In this document: positions 26,681 to 37,208 of the stretch, piece by piece
Position numbering within the stretch: the stretch's first letter is position 1
How the letters are laid out: each line of letters starts with the position of its first letter
Assembly: GCA_041917755.1 (NCBI GenBank)
Contig: JAYRWY010000016.1
Span: forward strand, 112,866 to 176,865
Direction: 5' to 3'
DNA length: 64,000 nucleotides
Origin: Alphaproteobacteria bacterium
GTDB taxonomy: Bacteria > Pseudomonadota > Alphaproteobacteria > UBA9219 > RGZA01
The notes under the pieces: model-generated
What the model was told of the DNA's origin: nothing
The model's database searches: none
What the model saw: the letters and a program-made list of their open reading frames with translations, nothing else
Position numbers and translations under genes: made by a program

Positions 26681-29548
26681 TTATGCGGCCACTGGCATTT
26701 GTTCGACGGTGCCTTCGCAGCGCACACATAATGTAGGGTGCTTGGCACTCTTGCCAACTTCTTCCTTCACGCACCAGCAACGTTCACACTTATTGCCTTT
26801 GGCGGCATCGACCACCACCGCCACATCAGGTACTTCGGGAAGTTTAAACGCATCGGCTGGTGCAGCCGCATCCACCACCATATGAAGGTGCGATGTAATG
26901 CAAATATCAGCAAAATCGATGGTTTTGAGCAAAGCGGCATCGGATTGTTTGACATAAATGGTGGGCGTTGCCTGCAAGCTGGAGCCGACCACTTTTTCTG
27001 CACGTTTCTTTTCAATTGCGCCGGTAACCACACTGCGCAGCGCGCGAATGCGTTGCCATTTTTCAGCCAAGGCATCATCCCGCCATTCATCAGGGATTGC
27101 TTCAAAGGTGGTTGCGTGAACCGATTTTTCCTGCGCATCGTCTTTGCCAGCTAACCACGCTTCTTCTGCAGTGAAGCACAAAATGGGGGCAAGCCATTTG
27201 GTGAGAGTGATAAACAGAATATGCATCACACTGCGCACTGCGCGGCGACGTGTTTCATCCGGGTGGTCGCAATAAAGGCTGTCTTTGCGAATATCAAAAT
27301 ACAACGCCGATAAATCTACCGCGCAGAAATTATGTAACTCGGTCAATACGGCGTTGAATTTGTATTCTGAAATAGCTTTTTCGATTGATGCGTTTACTTC
27401 CGCCAAGCGGTGAAGAACCCAGCGTTCCAATTCCGGCATTTGCGTAGCAGGCAACGCTTCCTTCGCGCTGTAACCATCTAGCGCGCCGAGCATATAACGA
27501 AGGGTGTTACGCAAACGACGATAGGTCTCCGCCGATTGCTTGAGGATTTCTTTGCCCACACGCAAATCTTCGGTGTAGTCCGTGCTGATAATCCAAAGAC
27601 GCAGAATATCTGCACCCATTTCTTTAATCACTTCTTGCGGGGCAACAACATTGCCAAGCGACTTGGACATTTTGCGTCCCTGTTCATCAAGCGCAAAGCC
27701 ATGCGTCAATACCGCCTTGAACGGTGCATGACCACGTGTGCCGCAAGATTCCAGCAAGGATGAATGGAACCAGCCACGATGTTGATCGGAACCCTCCAGA
27801 TATAAATCTGCAGGAACTTCAAACCCGCGTGCTTCCAAGACAAAGGCATGGGTGGAGCCGGATTCAAACCACACATCGACAATGTCTTTAACCTGGTCGT
27901 AATCATCGGCCTTGTACTTATCGCCCAAGAATTCCTGTGCCGGACGTGCAAACCACGCATCCGCGCCATCTTTTTCAAAGGCATCGGCAATACGTTTATT
28001 GACTGCCTCATCGCGGATGATTTCACCAGTGACTTTATGCGCGAAAATGGCAATTGGAACGCCCCATGCGCGTTGGCGCGAAATGCACCAATCTGGACGG
28101 GTTTCTACCATGGAGCGAATGCGGTTTTCACCTATCGCCGGAACCCATTTGGTTTCGCCAATGGCTTTGAGTGCCTTTTTGCGCAGATCGTTCTTCTCCA
28201 TCGAGATAAACCATTGCGGCGTAGTGCGGAAAATAACCGGAGCCTTTGAGCGCCATGAGTGTGGATAGCTGTGTTGGAATGAATGACTGGCGAGTAATGC
28301 GCCCACTTCGGTCAGCTTGGCCAGCACAGCTTTATTCGCGCCGCCGGCCTTGCCTTGCAGATTATAAATGTATTCGCCCGCAAAGAGTGGTGTGTGCGGT
28401 TTATATCGACCTTCGCCATCGACAAAATCGGATTGTGACAAATCACCACTTTCACCGTAAATGTCATAGCGATGCGCTTTGCCCAACAAATAATCGTCTT
28501 CACCATGGTTGGGCGCAATATGCACGAAGCCCGTACCGGTTTCGGTTGTGACAAAATCACCTGCAAAGAGTGGCACGTCGAACTCGTAGCCGAGACCGCG
28601 CAGTGGGTGGGCGCAAAGGACAGGTTTCAAATATGGGATTTCAAATGATGCACTTACGTTTTTTTGAACGATGCCCGCCACATTGCAGAATTTTTCAACT
28701 AGTTCTGCTGCTACAAGATATTGTTCGCCCGGTTTGGCGCCTGACTTATCAGCAACTTCTGATACCTTGATGCAGACATATGGAATCTTGCTGCCAAAGG
28801 CGATGGCGCGGTTTCCGGGCAATGTCCAAGGCGTGGTTGTCCAGATAACTACCTTCGCGCCAACTAATTCAGAATTCCATGCATGGGTAATTGGAAATGC
28901 CACATAAGCAGCCGTGGAGGTATGGTCGTGATATTCCACTTCGGCATCGGCGAGTGCGGTTTTTTCAACCGTGGACCACATGACGGGTTTAACATCGCGG
29001 TATAAGCCGCCATTCATCGCGAATTTGTGGATTTCCTTCACGATGCCGGCTTCGGCCGCATAAGTCATGGTGGTGTAAGGATTAGCCCAGTTACCCATGA
29101 CGCCGAGGCGCTGGAACTCCTCACTTTGAATGCCCACCCATTCCTTGGCGAAATCGCGGCATTCCTGACGGAATTGGAGCAAGGGAACTTCATCCTTGTT
29201 CTTTTTTTGAGCGCGGTATTTTTCTTCAATCTTCCATTCAATCGGTAGCCCGTGGCAATCCCAACCCGGGACATAATCGGTGGCAAAGCCTTGCATCTGC
29301 TTGGTGCGGTTGACGACGTCTTTCAGAATTTTATTGACCGCATGGCCGATATGCAGATTGCCATTGGCATAGGGCGGACCATCGTGAAGGATGAATGGTT
29401 CTTTGCCCTTGGAGGCATCACGGGTGAGTGATTGCAGATTAATATCCTGCCAGTATTTTAAAAGTTCCGGTTCTTTTTGTGGCAAACCACCACGCATTGG
29501 AAAATCGGTTTTGGGAAGAAAAACGGTATTTTTATAATCGGCAGTCAT
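26681..29548 (-). CDS. ileS: Isoleucine--tRNA ligase (type 1)
   Basis: HDGPPYANGNLHIGH, WTTTPWT, EGSDQHRGWF, KMSKS, C-terminal Zn motif CERCW..CVRC. Confidence 0.99.
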   Translation of the reverse strand: MTADYKNTVFLPKTDFPMRGGLPQKEPELLKYWQDINLQSLTRDASKGKEPFILHDGPPYANGNLHIGHAVNKILKDVVNRTKQMQGFATDYVPGWDCHGLPIEWKIEEKYRAQKKNKDEVPLLQFRQECRDFAKEWVGIQSEEFQRLGVMGNWANPYTTMTYAAEAGIVKEIHKFAMNGGLYRDVKPVMWSTVEKTALADAEVEYHDHTSTAAYVAFPITHAWNSELVGAKVVIWTTTPWTLPGNRAIAFGSKIPYVCIKVSEVADKSGAKPGEQYLVAAELVEKFCNVAGIVQKNVSASFEIPYLKPVLCAHPLRGLGYEFDVPLFAGDFVTTETGTGFVHIAPNHGEDDYLLGKAHRYDIYGESGDLSQSDFVDGEGRYKPHTPLFAGEYIYNLQGKAGGANKAVLAKLTEVGALLASHSFQHSYPHSWRSKAPVIFRTTPQWFISMEKNDLRKKALKAIGETKWVPAIGENRIRSMVETRPDWCISRQRAWGVPIAIFAHKVTGEIIRDEAVNKRIADAFEKDGADAWFARPAQEFLGDKYKADDYDQVKDIVDVWFESGSTHAFVLEARGFEVPADLYLEGSDQHRGWFHSSLLESCGTRGHAPFKAVLTHGFALDEQGRKMSKSLGNVVAPQEVIKEMGADILRLWIISTDYTEDLRVGKEILKQSAETYRRLRNTLRYMLGALDGYSAKEALPATQMPELERWVLHRLAEVNASIEKAISEYKFNAVLTELHNFCAVDLSALYFDIRKDSLYCDHPDETRRRAVRSVMHILFITLTKWLAPILCFTAEEAWLAGKDDAQEKSVHATTFEAIPDEWRDDALAEKWQRIRALRSVVTGAIEKKRAEKVVGSSLQATPTIYVKQSDAALLKTIDFADICITSHLHMVVDAAAPADAFKLPEVPDVAVVVDAAKGNKCERCWCVKEEVGKSAKHPTLCVRCEGTVEQMPVAA

Positions 29549-29596
29549 GGGGCGTCTTTTACTTATGGCAATCGTCAAAAATTGTGAAAAACGAGA

Positions 29597-30520
29597 TTAT
29601 GCCAGCAGGCCTTTTGCCACAAGACAATCCTGTTTGATTTGGGTTTTAAGGGCTTCCAGGCCATCAAACCGCGCCTCCGCCCTTATAAAATCGACAAAAC
29701 CAACACGGATGCTTTGGTCGTAAATATCGCCTGCAAAATCGAAGATATGCACCTCGAGGCTTTCACGCTCCCCATCTACCGTGGGGCGCACCCCGATATT
29801 GGCAACACCGTTATGCTTTTGCCCTGCGATAGCGACCTTTACTGCATAGACGCCAAAACGTGGGCGAAGAAATTCGCCGAGGCCCAGATTGGCAGTTGGA
29901 AAACCAAGACTGCGCCCGCGTTTTTCACCGTGCAGTACGGTACCTTCAATTTCCCAGTTGCGTCCAAGAACGATGGCGGCCTTTTTGGGTTCTCCTGCCA
30001 TTAGATGTTCGCGGATACGGGTGGATGACCACAAGACATGCGACGTATCCATCACGGGAGCAATTTCATCGACCGCGTGGTGATGTTTTTTCATCAGGTC
30101 TTTAAGCAAGCGCATGTTACCGCCACGTTTGTGCCCAAAGACAAAATCATGGCCGGCAACTGCATGGGTGATGCCGAGGTTTCCCAACAATAAATCCTCA
30201 ACGAAGGCCTGCGCCGATAATTTTGAAAATTCATAGGTGAATGGGATTTCAAAACAGACATCCACGCCAATTTCAGAAAGAATGCGGCGTTTGGTGTGCG
30301 CGGGAGTGATACGAAACGGCGCGTCGGCTGGCGAAAAAATACTGCGCGGATGAGGCTCAAAGGTGACCACGCCAAAAGGCTTGTTATGCTTGCGTGCCTT
30401 TTCACGGGCCTTTTCCAGCACAACCTGATGGCCCAAATGCACGCCATCAAAATTGCCAAGCGCGACGACCGCGCCCTGCATGGCTTTGGGTGGCTTGGAA
30501 GATGTGTCAAAAATAAGCAT
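29597..30520 (-). CDS. ribF: Riboflavin kinase / FAD synthetase
   Basis: GNFDGVHLGH, TFEPHP, GFPTAN, NIGVRPT, LEVH. Confidence 0.98.
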   Translation of the reverse strand: MLIFDTSSKPPKAMQGAVVALGNFDGVHLGHQVVLEKAREKARKHNKPFGVVTFEPHPRSIFSPADAPFRITPAHTKRRILSEIGVDVCFEIPFTYEFSKLSAQAFVEDLLLGNLGITHAVAGHDFVFGHKRGGNMRLLKDLMKKHHHAVDEIAPVMDTSHVLWSSTRIREHLMAGEPKKAAIVLGRNWEIEGTVLHGEKRGRSLGFPTANLGLGEFLRPRFGVYAVKVAIAGQKHNGVANIGVRPTVDGERESLEVHIFDFAGDIYDQSIRVGFVDFIRAEARFDGLEALKTQIKQDCLVAKGLLA

Positions 30521-30588
30521 GGTTCATCAATCTAGGGGAGCAAATCAGCCTGTCAATAACACTATTCAGCAGGCTTTGTTTTGGTAAT

Positions 30589-31509
30589 ATGGACGCTATG
30601 AATCTAACTACCCACGTCCTCCCCTGCTCCTTTGAAGGTGATATGCGCTTTGGCAAGAGCGCAGCCGCAAACCCGTCGATGGGAAGCGTGCTCATATTAG
30701 TTGGTTGGGGTGAGTGGATTGAAAAATATACCGATGTCATTCGCAACTGGAATGAGCGTGGTTATGACGTGGTGATTGCGGAATGGCGAGGACAAGGAAA
30801 GTCATCACGCTTTTTGATGGATCGCAATAAAACATGGTTGCCTAGTTTTGATTTACTGGTGGATGATCTGGAACGGTTATTTCGCACCGAATTGCTGGAT
30901 GCAAAAAAAGTAATTCTGTTTTGCCATTCGATGGGTGCACATATTGGTCTGCGTTGGTATTTGGGACGCGGACGTAAATACGCATCCATTAAAGGCATAA
31001 TCCTGACATCGCCCTTGCATCAATTCAAATCAGCCCCTATTCCGCCACTTGCTGCGCGCGTCATCATTAGTGTGGCGGCATGGCTTGGCTTTGATCAGGC
31101 GTATGCCATCGGACAAAAGGATTTTGACCAAGCAGCAGGTGATTTTGCATCCAACCCGCTGACCACGGATGAAACAGCATTCAATGCCATGAAGGCACAA
31201 TTGGTGAGCGACCCTAGTTTGAAGGTCGGAGGCATCACCTATGGCTGGCTGTATGCCTTGTTACAATCGGCCAAACGATTGGAATTGGATTTATCACGCG
31301 GCGCACCACGCATCGCCTATATGGTGATGGGGCCCAATAACGACCCGTTGGTAGACGAAAAAAGCTTTGCCCTGATTTCATCGATGCTGCCAAACTGCAC
31401 GACGCATTATCTGGCCGGTGCCAAGCATGAATTAGTACAAGAAGCACCAGCCTTGCGCGCACAGGCATGGCGTTGGGTAGATGATTTCCTCAGCAAGCTG
31501 AAAGCATAA
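30589..31509 (+). CDS. Lysophospholipase L2-like alpha/beta hydrolase
   Basis: EWRGQGKS, CHSMG, AKHEL. Confidence 0.85.
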   Translation: MDAMNLTTHVLPCSFEGDMRFGKSAAANPSMGSVLILVGWGEWIEKYTDVIRNWNERGYDVVIAEWRGQGKSSRFLMDRNKTWLPSFDLLVDDLERLFRTELLDAKKVILFCHSMGAHIGLRWYLGRGRKYASIKGIILTSPLHQFKSAPIPPLAARVIISVAAWLGFDQAYAIGQKDFDQAAGDFASNPLTTDETAFNAMKAQLVSDPSLKVGGITYGWLYALLQSAKRLELDLSRGAPRIAYMVMGPNNDPLVDEKSFALISSMLPNCTTHYLAGAKHELVQEAPALRAQAWRWVDDFLSKLKA

Positions 31510-31593
31510 GTATAGCGGCTTGCGTAGCAATGCCTGTTTATATTACCTTTGGGTACCGCCAATTGTGGCATATCCCATACGCACCTAATTATT

Positions 31594-32220
31594 ATGAATA
31601 AGCAAGAAATTCTCGATGCGCTGGCCAAAATCCAGGCGGTGATTACCGATAGCCATCTGGTCTATACATCCGGCAAGCATGGCTCGACCTATTTTAACAA
31701 AGATGCGATTTACCCGCATACCGAACTGACATCGCAGCTATGCGAAGAAATTGCCAAGCATTTTGCAGGACGCGGCATTGAAGTGGTGATTGCGCCAGCC
31801 GTAGGCGGCATTATTTTATCGCAGTGGGTTGCGTATCATCTAACCAAAATCACGGGCCGTGAGGTATTGGGTGTGTATGCCGAAAAAGATGGCGATGGAT
31901 TTGTGATCAAACGCGGTTATGACAAATTATCATCCGGTAAAAAAGTTTTGATTGTTGAAGATATTTTGACCACTGGCGGATCGGTTAAAAAAGTAATTGA
32001 TACTGCACGAAATATTGGCGCCAATATTGTTGGGCTTGGCGTGCTGTGCAATCGTGGCGGTATAACGGCGAATGATGTATCTAACCCGCCAGAATTATTT
32101 GCATTGGTAGATGTGAAGTTTGATGCATGGGATGAGGCTGATTGCCCCTTATGCGCCAAGAAAATGCCCGTGAACACGGATGTGGGCCACGGCCGCAAAT
32201 ACGTTCAAAGCAAAGCTTAG
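31594..32220 (+). CDS. pyrE: Orotate phosphoribosyltransferase-like PRTase
   Basis: HLVYTSGKH, APAVGG, PRPP motif VLIVEDILTTGGS. Start taken as the ATG at 31594. Confidence 0.85.
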   Translation: MNKQEILDALAKIQAVITDSHLVYTSGKHGSTYFNKDAIYPHTELTSQLCEEIAKHFAGRGIEVVIAPAVGGIILSQWVAYHLTKITGREVLGVYAEKDGDGFVIKRGYDKLSSGKKVLIVEDILTTGGSVKKVIDTARNIGANIVGLGVLCNRGGITANDVSNPPELFALVDVKFDAWDEADCPLCAKKMPVNTDVGHGRKYVQSKA

Positions 32221-33206
32221 CGCTTATCTTTCAGTGAATTCGGCACATTGATGCCTTGTGCGTTGGCAAGCTGTGCCATGCGGGCAATTTGCCGTTCAAT
32301 ATAGGTATTAATCATACCAATGCGTTCTTCGCGGATAAGTGCGCGAATGGGGTCACCATTGTTATCTTCTTCGGTGAAGATGTAACGGATATATGGGCCT
32401 TGCGGGCCAAGCACCTGATGCACGGCGGCAGTGAGCGCCTGCGCTAATACGTTTTTGGCTGCGCCGCCAAGATTTTGAGCAGCAAGTTGCAATAAACCCA
32501 GCAAACTATCTTCAATCGAGCCTGCGTGAATGGTGGTGAGCACCAAGTGGCCTGTGGTAGCGGCACGTAAAATTTGTTCGGCAGCTGCAGGAGAGCGTAC
32601 CTCGCCCACCAGCAAATAGCGCGGCGTCCAACGTAAGGTGCGCTTCAATGGGGTTGCCCAGTCTTCACTGTTAGCCACCTGGATTTGATAGCAATAACCT
32701 TTATCGCCACATGGGCCTTCCAGAATATATTCAACGGGGTCTTCCACCGTCATGCCCACGCCGCCATAGCTGTTCAGGTATTCTTGCAGCAATGAAAAGC
32801 AGGTAGTGGTTTTACCGTGGCCGGTAGCACCGGAAAATACAATCAAGCCATCGCGGCGGCCAAGGTTACGCAAATAATTGGCAATATGCGGAGCATAACC
32901 CAGACCTTCTAACTTTGGGACATTGGGATTGATTTTACGCAACACCGCCCATACTTCGCCATTGGCCATGTTTTGATGGGCAAGACGAAAGCGCATGCCA
33001 TCATACGTAAAAGCAGCTTCGACATTATTGGCTTCGGCACGGAATTTTGCGGCCAACCGTTCAACGTCTTCGGCATAATCGGAATGCAGCGGTTGAATCC
33101 ATACGTTATTTTTGTCGCGTTGTGGTGTGCGATAGCGTGGCTGAGCGGGGGCATCAAGGCGTACATATAAATCCATGAATAATAAATCACGAAGCTTCTT
33201 ACTCAT
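32217..33206 (-). CDS. PilT-like secretion/pilus ATPase, copy 2
   Basis: Walker A GATGHGKTT, EDPVEY, Walker B LLVGEVR, His box TGHLVLTTIHA, C-terminal PIRALIRE. Confidence 0.88.
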   Translation of the reverse strand: MSKKLRDLLFMDLYVRLDAPAQPRYRTPQRDKNNVWIQPLHSDYAEDVERLAAKFRAEANNVEAAFTYDGMRFRLAHQNMANGEVWAVLRKINPNVPKLEGLGYAPHIANYLRNLGRRDGLIVFSGATGHGKTTTCFSLLQEYLNSYGGVGMTVEDPVEYILEGPCGDKGYCYQIQVANSEDWATPLKRTLRWTPRYLLVGEVRSPAAAEQILRAATTGHLVLTTIHAGSIEDSLLGLLQLAAQNLGGAAKNVLAQALTAAVHQVLGPQGPYIRYIFTEEDNNGDPIRALIREERIGMINTYIERQIARMAQLANAQGINVPNSLKDKR

Positions 33207-34219
33207 TTATCACCTATGCGTAAAAGTTTCGCGGATGTCTTATCAAGGTAAGTGGTAATCATACCCACTTTGTTTTCACGAATAAGGGAACGGACGGGAT
33301 CGCCCATATTGCCTGCTTCGGTCCATGCCATACGAACAGCTGGACCGGCCTCTGACATGGTTTGGTGGACCACAGCCGTTAAGCCTGCAGCAAGAATGTG
33401 GTTAGCGCCGCCGCCCATACCCTGTTCGGCAAGATGCATAAGACCCATAAGTGCTTCTTCGGCAGAACCGGCGTGCACCGTGGTTATTACCAAGTGGCCC
33501 GTGGTTGCTGCGCGCAATACCTGTTCGGCTGCTTGCGGGGTTCTGATTTCACCCACGAATATATAGTGAGGTGCCCAGCGCAGACTGCGTTTAATAGCAG
33601 GTGCCCAGCCGTCAGAGCCTTCAACTTCAACCTGAAAACAGAAGCCGCTTTCGCCGTGGCGACCTTTCATCACGTATTCCACCGGATCTTCAATGGTGAC
33701 CGCAATACCGCCATGGGCAGCCAAATAATCAATAAGCAACGAGCATGAAGTAGTGGTTTTACCGTGACCAGTAGCACCTGTAATCATAATCAAGCCATCG
33801 CGTTTTCCCAAATCACGTAGCGCCTGCACATAAGCGGGAACCATGCCCAGCTTATCCATTTTTGGAACATCGGTTTTAATCACACGAAGACACATCCAGT
33901 CTTCGCCATCGGCCATTTTTTGGCGCGACATACGCATACGCGTACCTTTGAATTGAAGAATGCTGTCTTCTTTTAAACCCTGGTTGCGCACGAAGTCGGT
34001 AATTTGACGCACTTCATCATCGAACTGGTGTGGCACTACGGCGTTGATGCGTTGCTTGCCTTTTTTCTGTCCCTGATAGATCGCCGCGCCATTGGAATCG
34101 AGGCGAATATACAAATCGCTCAGCTTGAGATCGCGAAAGAGTGATGGAGGAGACATGAACTGACCTGAAGACTGTTTGGAACCACCAGAAAAACTTTTCA
34201 TAGCTTTTAACCTTGTCAT
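33203..34219 (-). CDS. PilT-like secretion/pilus ATPase, copy 1
   Basis: GATGHGKTT, EDPVEY, IFVGEIR, TGHLVITTVHA, PVRSLIRE. Alignment with the paralog suggests the true start may be the ATG at 34156. Confidence 0.88.
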   Translation of the reverse strand: MTRLKAMKSFSGGSKQSSGQFMSPPSLFRDLKLSDLYIRLDSNGAAIYQGQKKGKQRINAVVPHQFDDEVRQITDFVRNQGLKEDSILQFKGTRMRMSRQKMADGEDWMCLRVIKTDVPKMDKLGMVPAYVQALRDLGKRDGLIMITGATGHGKTTTSCSLLIDYLAAHGGIAVTIEDPVEYVMKGRHGESGFCFQVEVEGSDGWAPAIKRSLRWAPHYIFVGEIRTPQAAEQVLRAATTGHLVITTVHAGSAEEALMGLMHLAEQGMGGGANHILAAGLTAVVHQTMSEAGPAVRMAWTEAGNMGDPVRSLIRENKVGMITTYLDKTSAKLLRIGDK

Positions 34220-34434
34220 ACTCGGCTTAAGATAGCGTTATTGAATGGTAAACTGTTGTTTTACAATTATCTCTAAATCCTTATTATCTTTGTACTGAAT
34301 CCGAAAGGAATGAGGGCGACGGTAGTGCCACAAAGCCATTGATAACAGGCCTTCGTGCAAGTCAGTGGATTTTTTAATCACCAAACGCTACCTCTAAACC
34401 TTCGTCATGATAGCACAGTGCCCCGATAGATAAA

Positions 34435-35766
34435 ATGAGCCAGACCATTATCACCCCAAAAACGCCAACCGGAACCATGGAATTGCTGCCACGCGAGCAG
34501 ATGATGTTCCAAAAAATGCTGGATACCATTCGCCAGAAATTCGAGCGTTACGGTTTTCAACCCATCGAAACACCAGTGTTTGAAGAAACCAATATTCTGC
34601 TTACCAAAAGTGGCGGTGAAACAGAAAAGCAAGTTTACTTCGTGCAATCAACTGGTTCCCGTCAGCAAGGCCATGAACCGGATTTGGCATTACGTTTTGA
34701 CCTGACGGTTCCCCTCGCCCGCTATGTAGCACAGCACCAGAATGAACTGGCATTCCCGTTCCGCAGATACCAGATGCAACGCGTCTACCGAGGGGAGCGC
34801 GCACAAAAAGGCCGCTTCCGCGAATTCTACCAATGCGATATCGACGTGATTGGCCGCGAGACATTATCACCGGCCTATGATGCAGAAATGCCCGTGGTGA
34901 TTGCCGATATCTTCCGTGATTTGAAAATTGGCGCATTCACCATCAATGTTTCAAACCGCAAGATTTTGAAGGGATATTTGGACAGCATCGGCATTACCGC
35001 CGCTGATGCCAAGGCGCAGGTATTGCGTGAAATTGATAAGGCCGATAAAATTGGCTGGGGTGAAGTTGAAAAGAACCTGACAGCTGCAGGTCATACAAAC
35101 CTTGGTGCATTACTCAAGCTACTTAGCCATGATGCAGATAATCAAACACGCCTGAATGAGCTTAAAGCACTATGCGGTACAAATGCTGAAGCCGTTGAAG
35201 GTTTGAATGAAATTGCACTATTGCTGAGCACCACTGCAGATATGGGCGCGGGTGATGTTATCCGCTTTAATCCTGCTATCACGCGTGGCCTCGATTACTA
35301 TACGGGCACAGTGTATGAAACATTCCTGAATGAACACAAAGCCTTTGGCAGCATTTGTTCAGGCGGGCGTTATGACAACCTTGCCAGCTATTATACCAAA
35401 TCGAAATTGCCGGGCGTAGGCATCTCGATTGGTCTCACCCGCCTTTTCGATCAGATGCGTCATGCAGGTTTGGTGAATGATGCGCCCAGCAGCGTGAAGG
35501 TGCTTATTACCATGATGGATGAAACATTGGGCAGTGATTATCGCCGCATCGCAACGCAATTGCGTGCCGCAGGTATTAATACCGAGATTTATCTGGAAGC
35601 CGATAAACTCGGCAAACAGATTAAATACGCGGATAAAGCTGGCATTCCATTTGCCCTTGTGATGGGCAGTGATGAAAAAGCCAAAGGCGTCGTTGCGCTG
35701 AAGAATTTAAAAACCAGCGAACAGATTCAAGGCGATGTGCCAAGCATCATCAAACATCTAGCCTAG
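34435..35766 (+). CDS. hisS: Histidine--tRNA ligase
   Basis: LRFDLTVPLAR, RGERAQKGRFREFYQCD, RGLDYYTG, GGRYD. Confidence 0.98.
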   Translation: MSQTIITPKTPTGTMELLPREQMMFQKMLDTIRQKFERYGFQPIETPVFEETNILLTKSGGETEKQVYFVQSTGSRQQGHEPDLALRFDLTVPLARYVAQHQNELAFPFRRYQMQRVYRGERAQKGRFREFYQCDIDVIGRETLSPAYDAEMPVVIADIFRDLKIGAFTINVSNRKILKGYLDSIGITAADAKAQVLREIDKADKIGWGEVEKNLTAAGHTNLGALLKLLSHDADNQTRLNELKALCGTNAEAVEGLNEIALLLSTTADMGAGDVIRFNPAITRGLDYYTGTVYETFLNEHKAFGSICSGGRYDNLASYYTKSKLPGVGISIGLTRLFDQMRHAGLVNDAPSSVKVLITMMDETLGSDYRRIATQLRAAGINTEIYLEADKLGKQIKYADKAGIPFALVMGSDEKAKGVVALKNLKTSEQIQGDVPSIIKHLA

Positions 35767-35767
35767 A

Positions 35768-37156
35768 TTACGCGACGCGGGAAAAGCCCGCAGGCGCAGC
35801 AGCTGCGTGCCTGTCAAACACATGGCAAATCACACGAATAGGCATGCGCCACGCCGACGTTAAGCGGTAGATTGTGCCTTTGCGTTGGATTAAACCGCGT
35901 TGTTCAAACTCTGCCAAGCGTTCGAATTCCGGAACGAGCTGCGCAATGTCCACGTGAAACTCCTCGCAGATTTTGCCGAAATCACAAGACAGATTACACA
36001 TGAATTCCTCGATGATGCGCGCGCGAAATACATCATCTCCATTCAACAAGTAACCACGCGTGGTAGCCAGCGTGCCCTGAGCAATCATGGTTTGATACGC
36101 ATCGGTCAGGCGTTCATTCTGGAAAAAGCCATCTGCCGTTTGCGAGATGGAGGACGGCCCCAATGCAAGCAAGGTCTTCACATTATCATCCGTATAGCCT
36201 TGGAAATTGCGGTGGAGATTTCCGGCTTTCATCGCCTTTACCAAGCCATCATCGGGCCGCGCAAAATGATCCATGCCCACTGCGACATAGCCAGCCTCAA
36301 TAAACACCTGCCGCGCAGCGTCATCCATTGCCAAACGTTGCTCAGGCCCCGGAATGCCATATGCTTCCAATGGCTTTTGGTGTTTTTTCAGACGCGGCAA
36401 GTGAGCGTAGGAAAATAATGCGATGCGGTCGGGCGCAAGTTCGCATACCTGACGCGCAGTTTGTGCAACACTATCCGGGGTTTGCAACGGCAAGCCATAC
36501 ATCAAGTCAAAATTGATATTGGTAATATTATGGGCGCGAAGCCATTCGCAGGTCTGGGCAACCATGGCATAGGGTTGCAGGCGATGCACAAGTTCCTGCA
36601 CATCATCTTTGAAATCCTGCACGCCTAAACTGGCACGCGTAACCCCACATTCGGCAAAGGCTTTGATTTTATCTTCTGTCACTACGCGTGGGTCGAGTTC
36701 CACTGCGATTTCCTTACATGATGAAAAATCAAAATGCTGATGCAGATGATTGAATAACTCATGCGTCATATCGGGTGTGAGAATATTAGGGGTCCCGCCA
36801 CCAAAATGCAGATGGCTGACACGGCATGTTTTACCTGTCAGCTCTGTCACCAGCTCCACTTCTTGTTTGAGCGCCTTTAGATAACGCTCGATACGGCTCT
36901 CGCGGCGCGTAACGCCGGTATTACAACCGCAATAAAGGCATAATGAGTCACAGAACGGAATGTGCAGATAGAGCGAAATGGTTTCATCGGGCGCGAATTT
37001 GACCAGCGAGCTTTTAAAGTCCGCAGCCCCTACGCCCCCATGAAACGCAGTTGCGGGCGGATAGCTTGTGTAACGTGGCACAGCGGCATTTAGCCACAAA
37101 TCATATGCAGCATCTGAAGCAGTCTGGCTACGTAAAGGGGTTACTCGATTTTCCAT
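35768..37156 (-). CDS. hemN: Oxygen-independent coproporphyrinogen III oxidase
   Basis: PRYTSYP, YLHIPFCDSLCLYCGC, HFGGGTP, HRNFQGY. Start corrected to the ATG at 37156. Confidence 0.96.
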   Translation of the reverse strand: MENRVTPLRSQTASDAAYDLWLNAAVPRYTSYPPATAFHGGVGAADFKSSLVKFAPDETISLYLHIPFCDSLCLYCGCNTGVTRRESRIERYLKALKQEVELVTELTGKTCRVSHLHFGGGTPNILTPDMTHELFNHLHQHFDFSSCKEIAVELDPRVVTEDKIKAFAECGVTRASLGVQDFKDDVQELVHRLQPYAMVAQTCEWLRAHNITNINFDLMYGLPLQTPDSVAQTARQVCELAPDRIALFSYAHLPRLKKHQKPLEAYGIPGPEQRLAMDDAARQVFIEAGYVAVGMDHFARPDDGLVKAMKAGNLHRNFQGYTDDNVKTLLALGPSSISQTADGFFQNERLTDAYQTMIAQGTLATTRGYLLNGDDVFRARIIEEFMCNLSCDFGKICEEFHVDIAQLVPEFERLAEFEQRGLIQRKGTIYRLTSAWRMPIRVICHVFDRHAAAAPAGFSRVA

Positions 37157-37208
37157 ACCCCTTAAGATAGCGAATTGCTCCGTAGACGCTCGTGGCAAAA
37201 TGCCGCAG

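Noticed and set aside
32217-34219. Naming the ATPases dotB, or pilT/pilU outright
   Set aside because: The motifs fix only the PilT-like superfamily. Clade assignment needs a phylogeny.
34227-34241. Near-CtrA site TTAA-N7-TTAT upstream of the PilT-like pair
   Set aside because: It has one mismatch, lies only 7 nt from the annotated ATG, and has no -10 at the spacing seen for the other boxes. Too weak to call.
34294-34360. ACTGAATCCGAAAGGA resembling the 5' end of a c-di-AMP (ydaO) riboswitch upstream of hisS
   Set aside because: The downstream conserved elements are not found, and this class is not expected in alphaproteobacteria.
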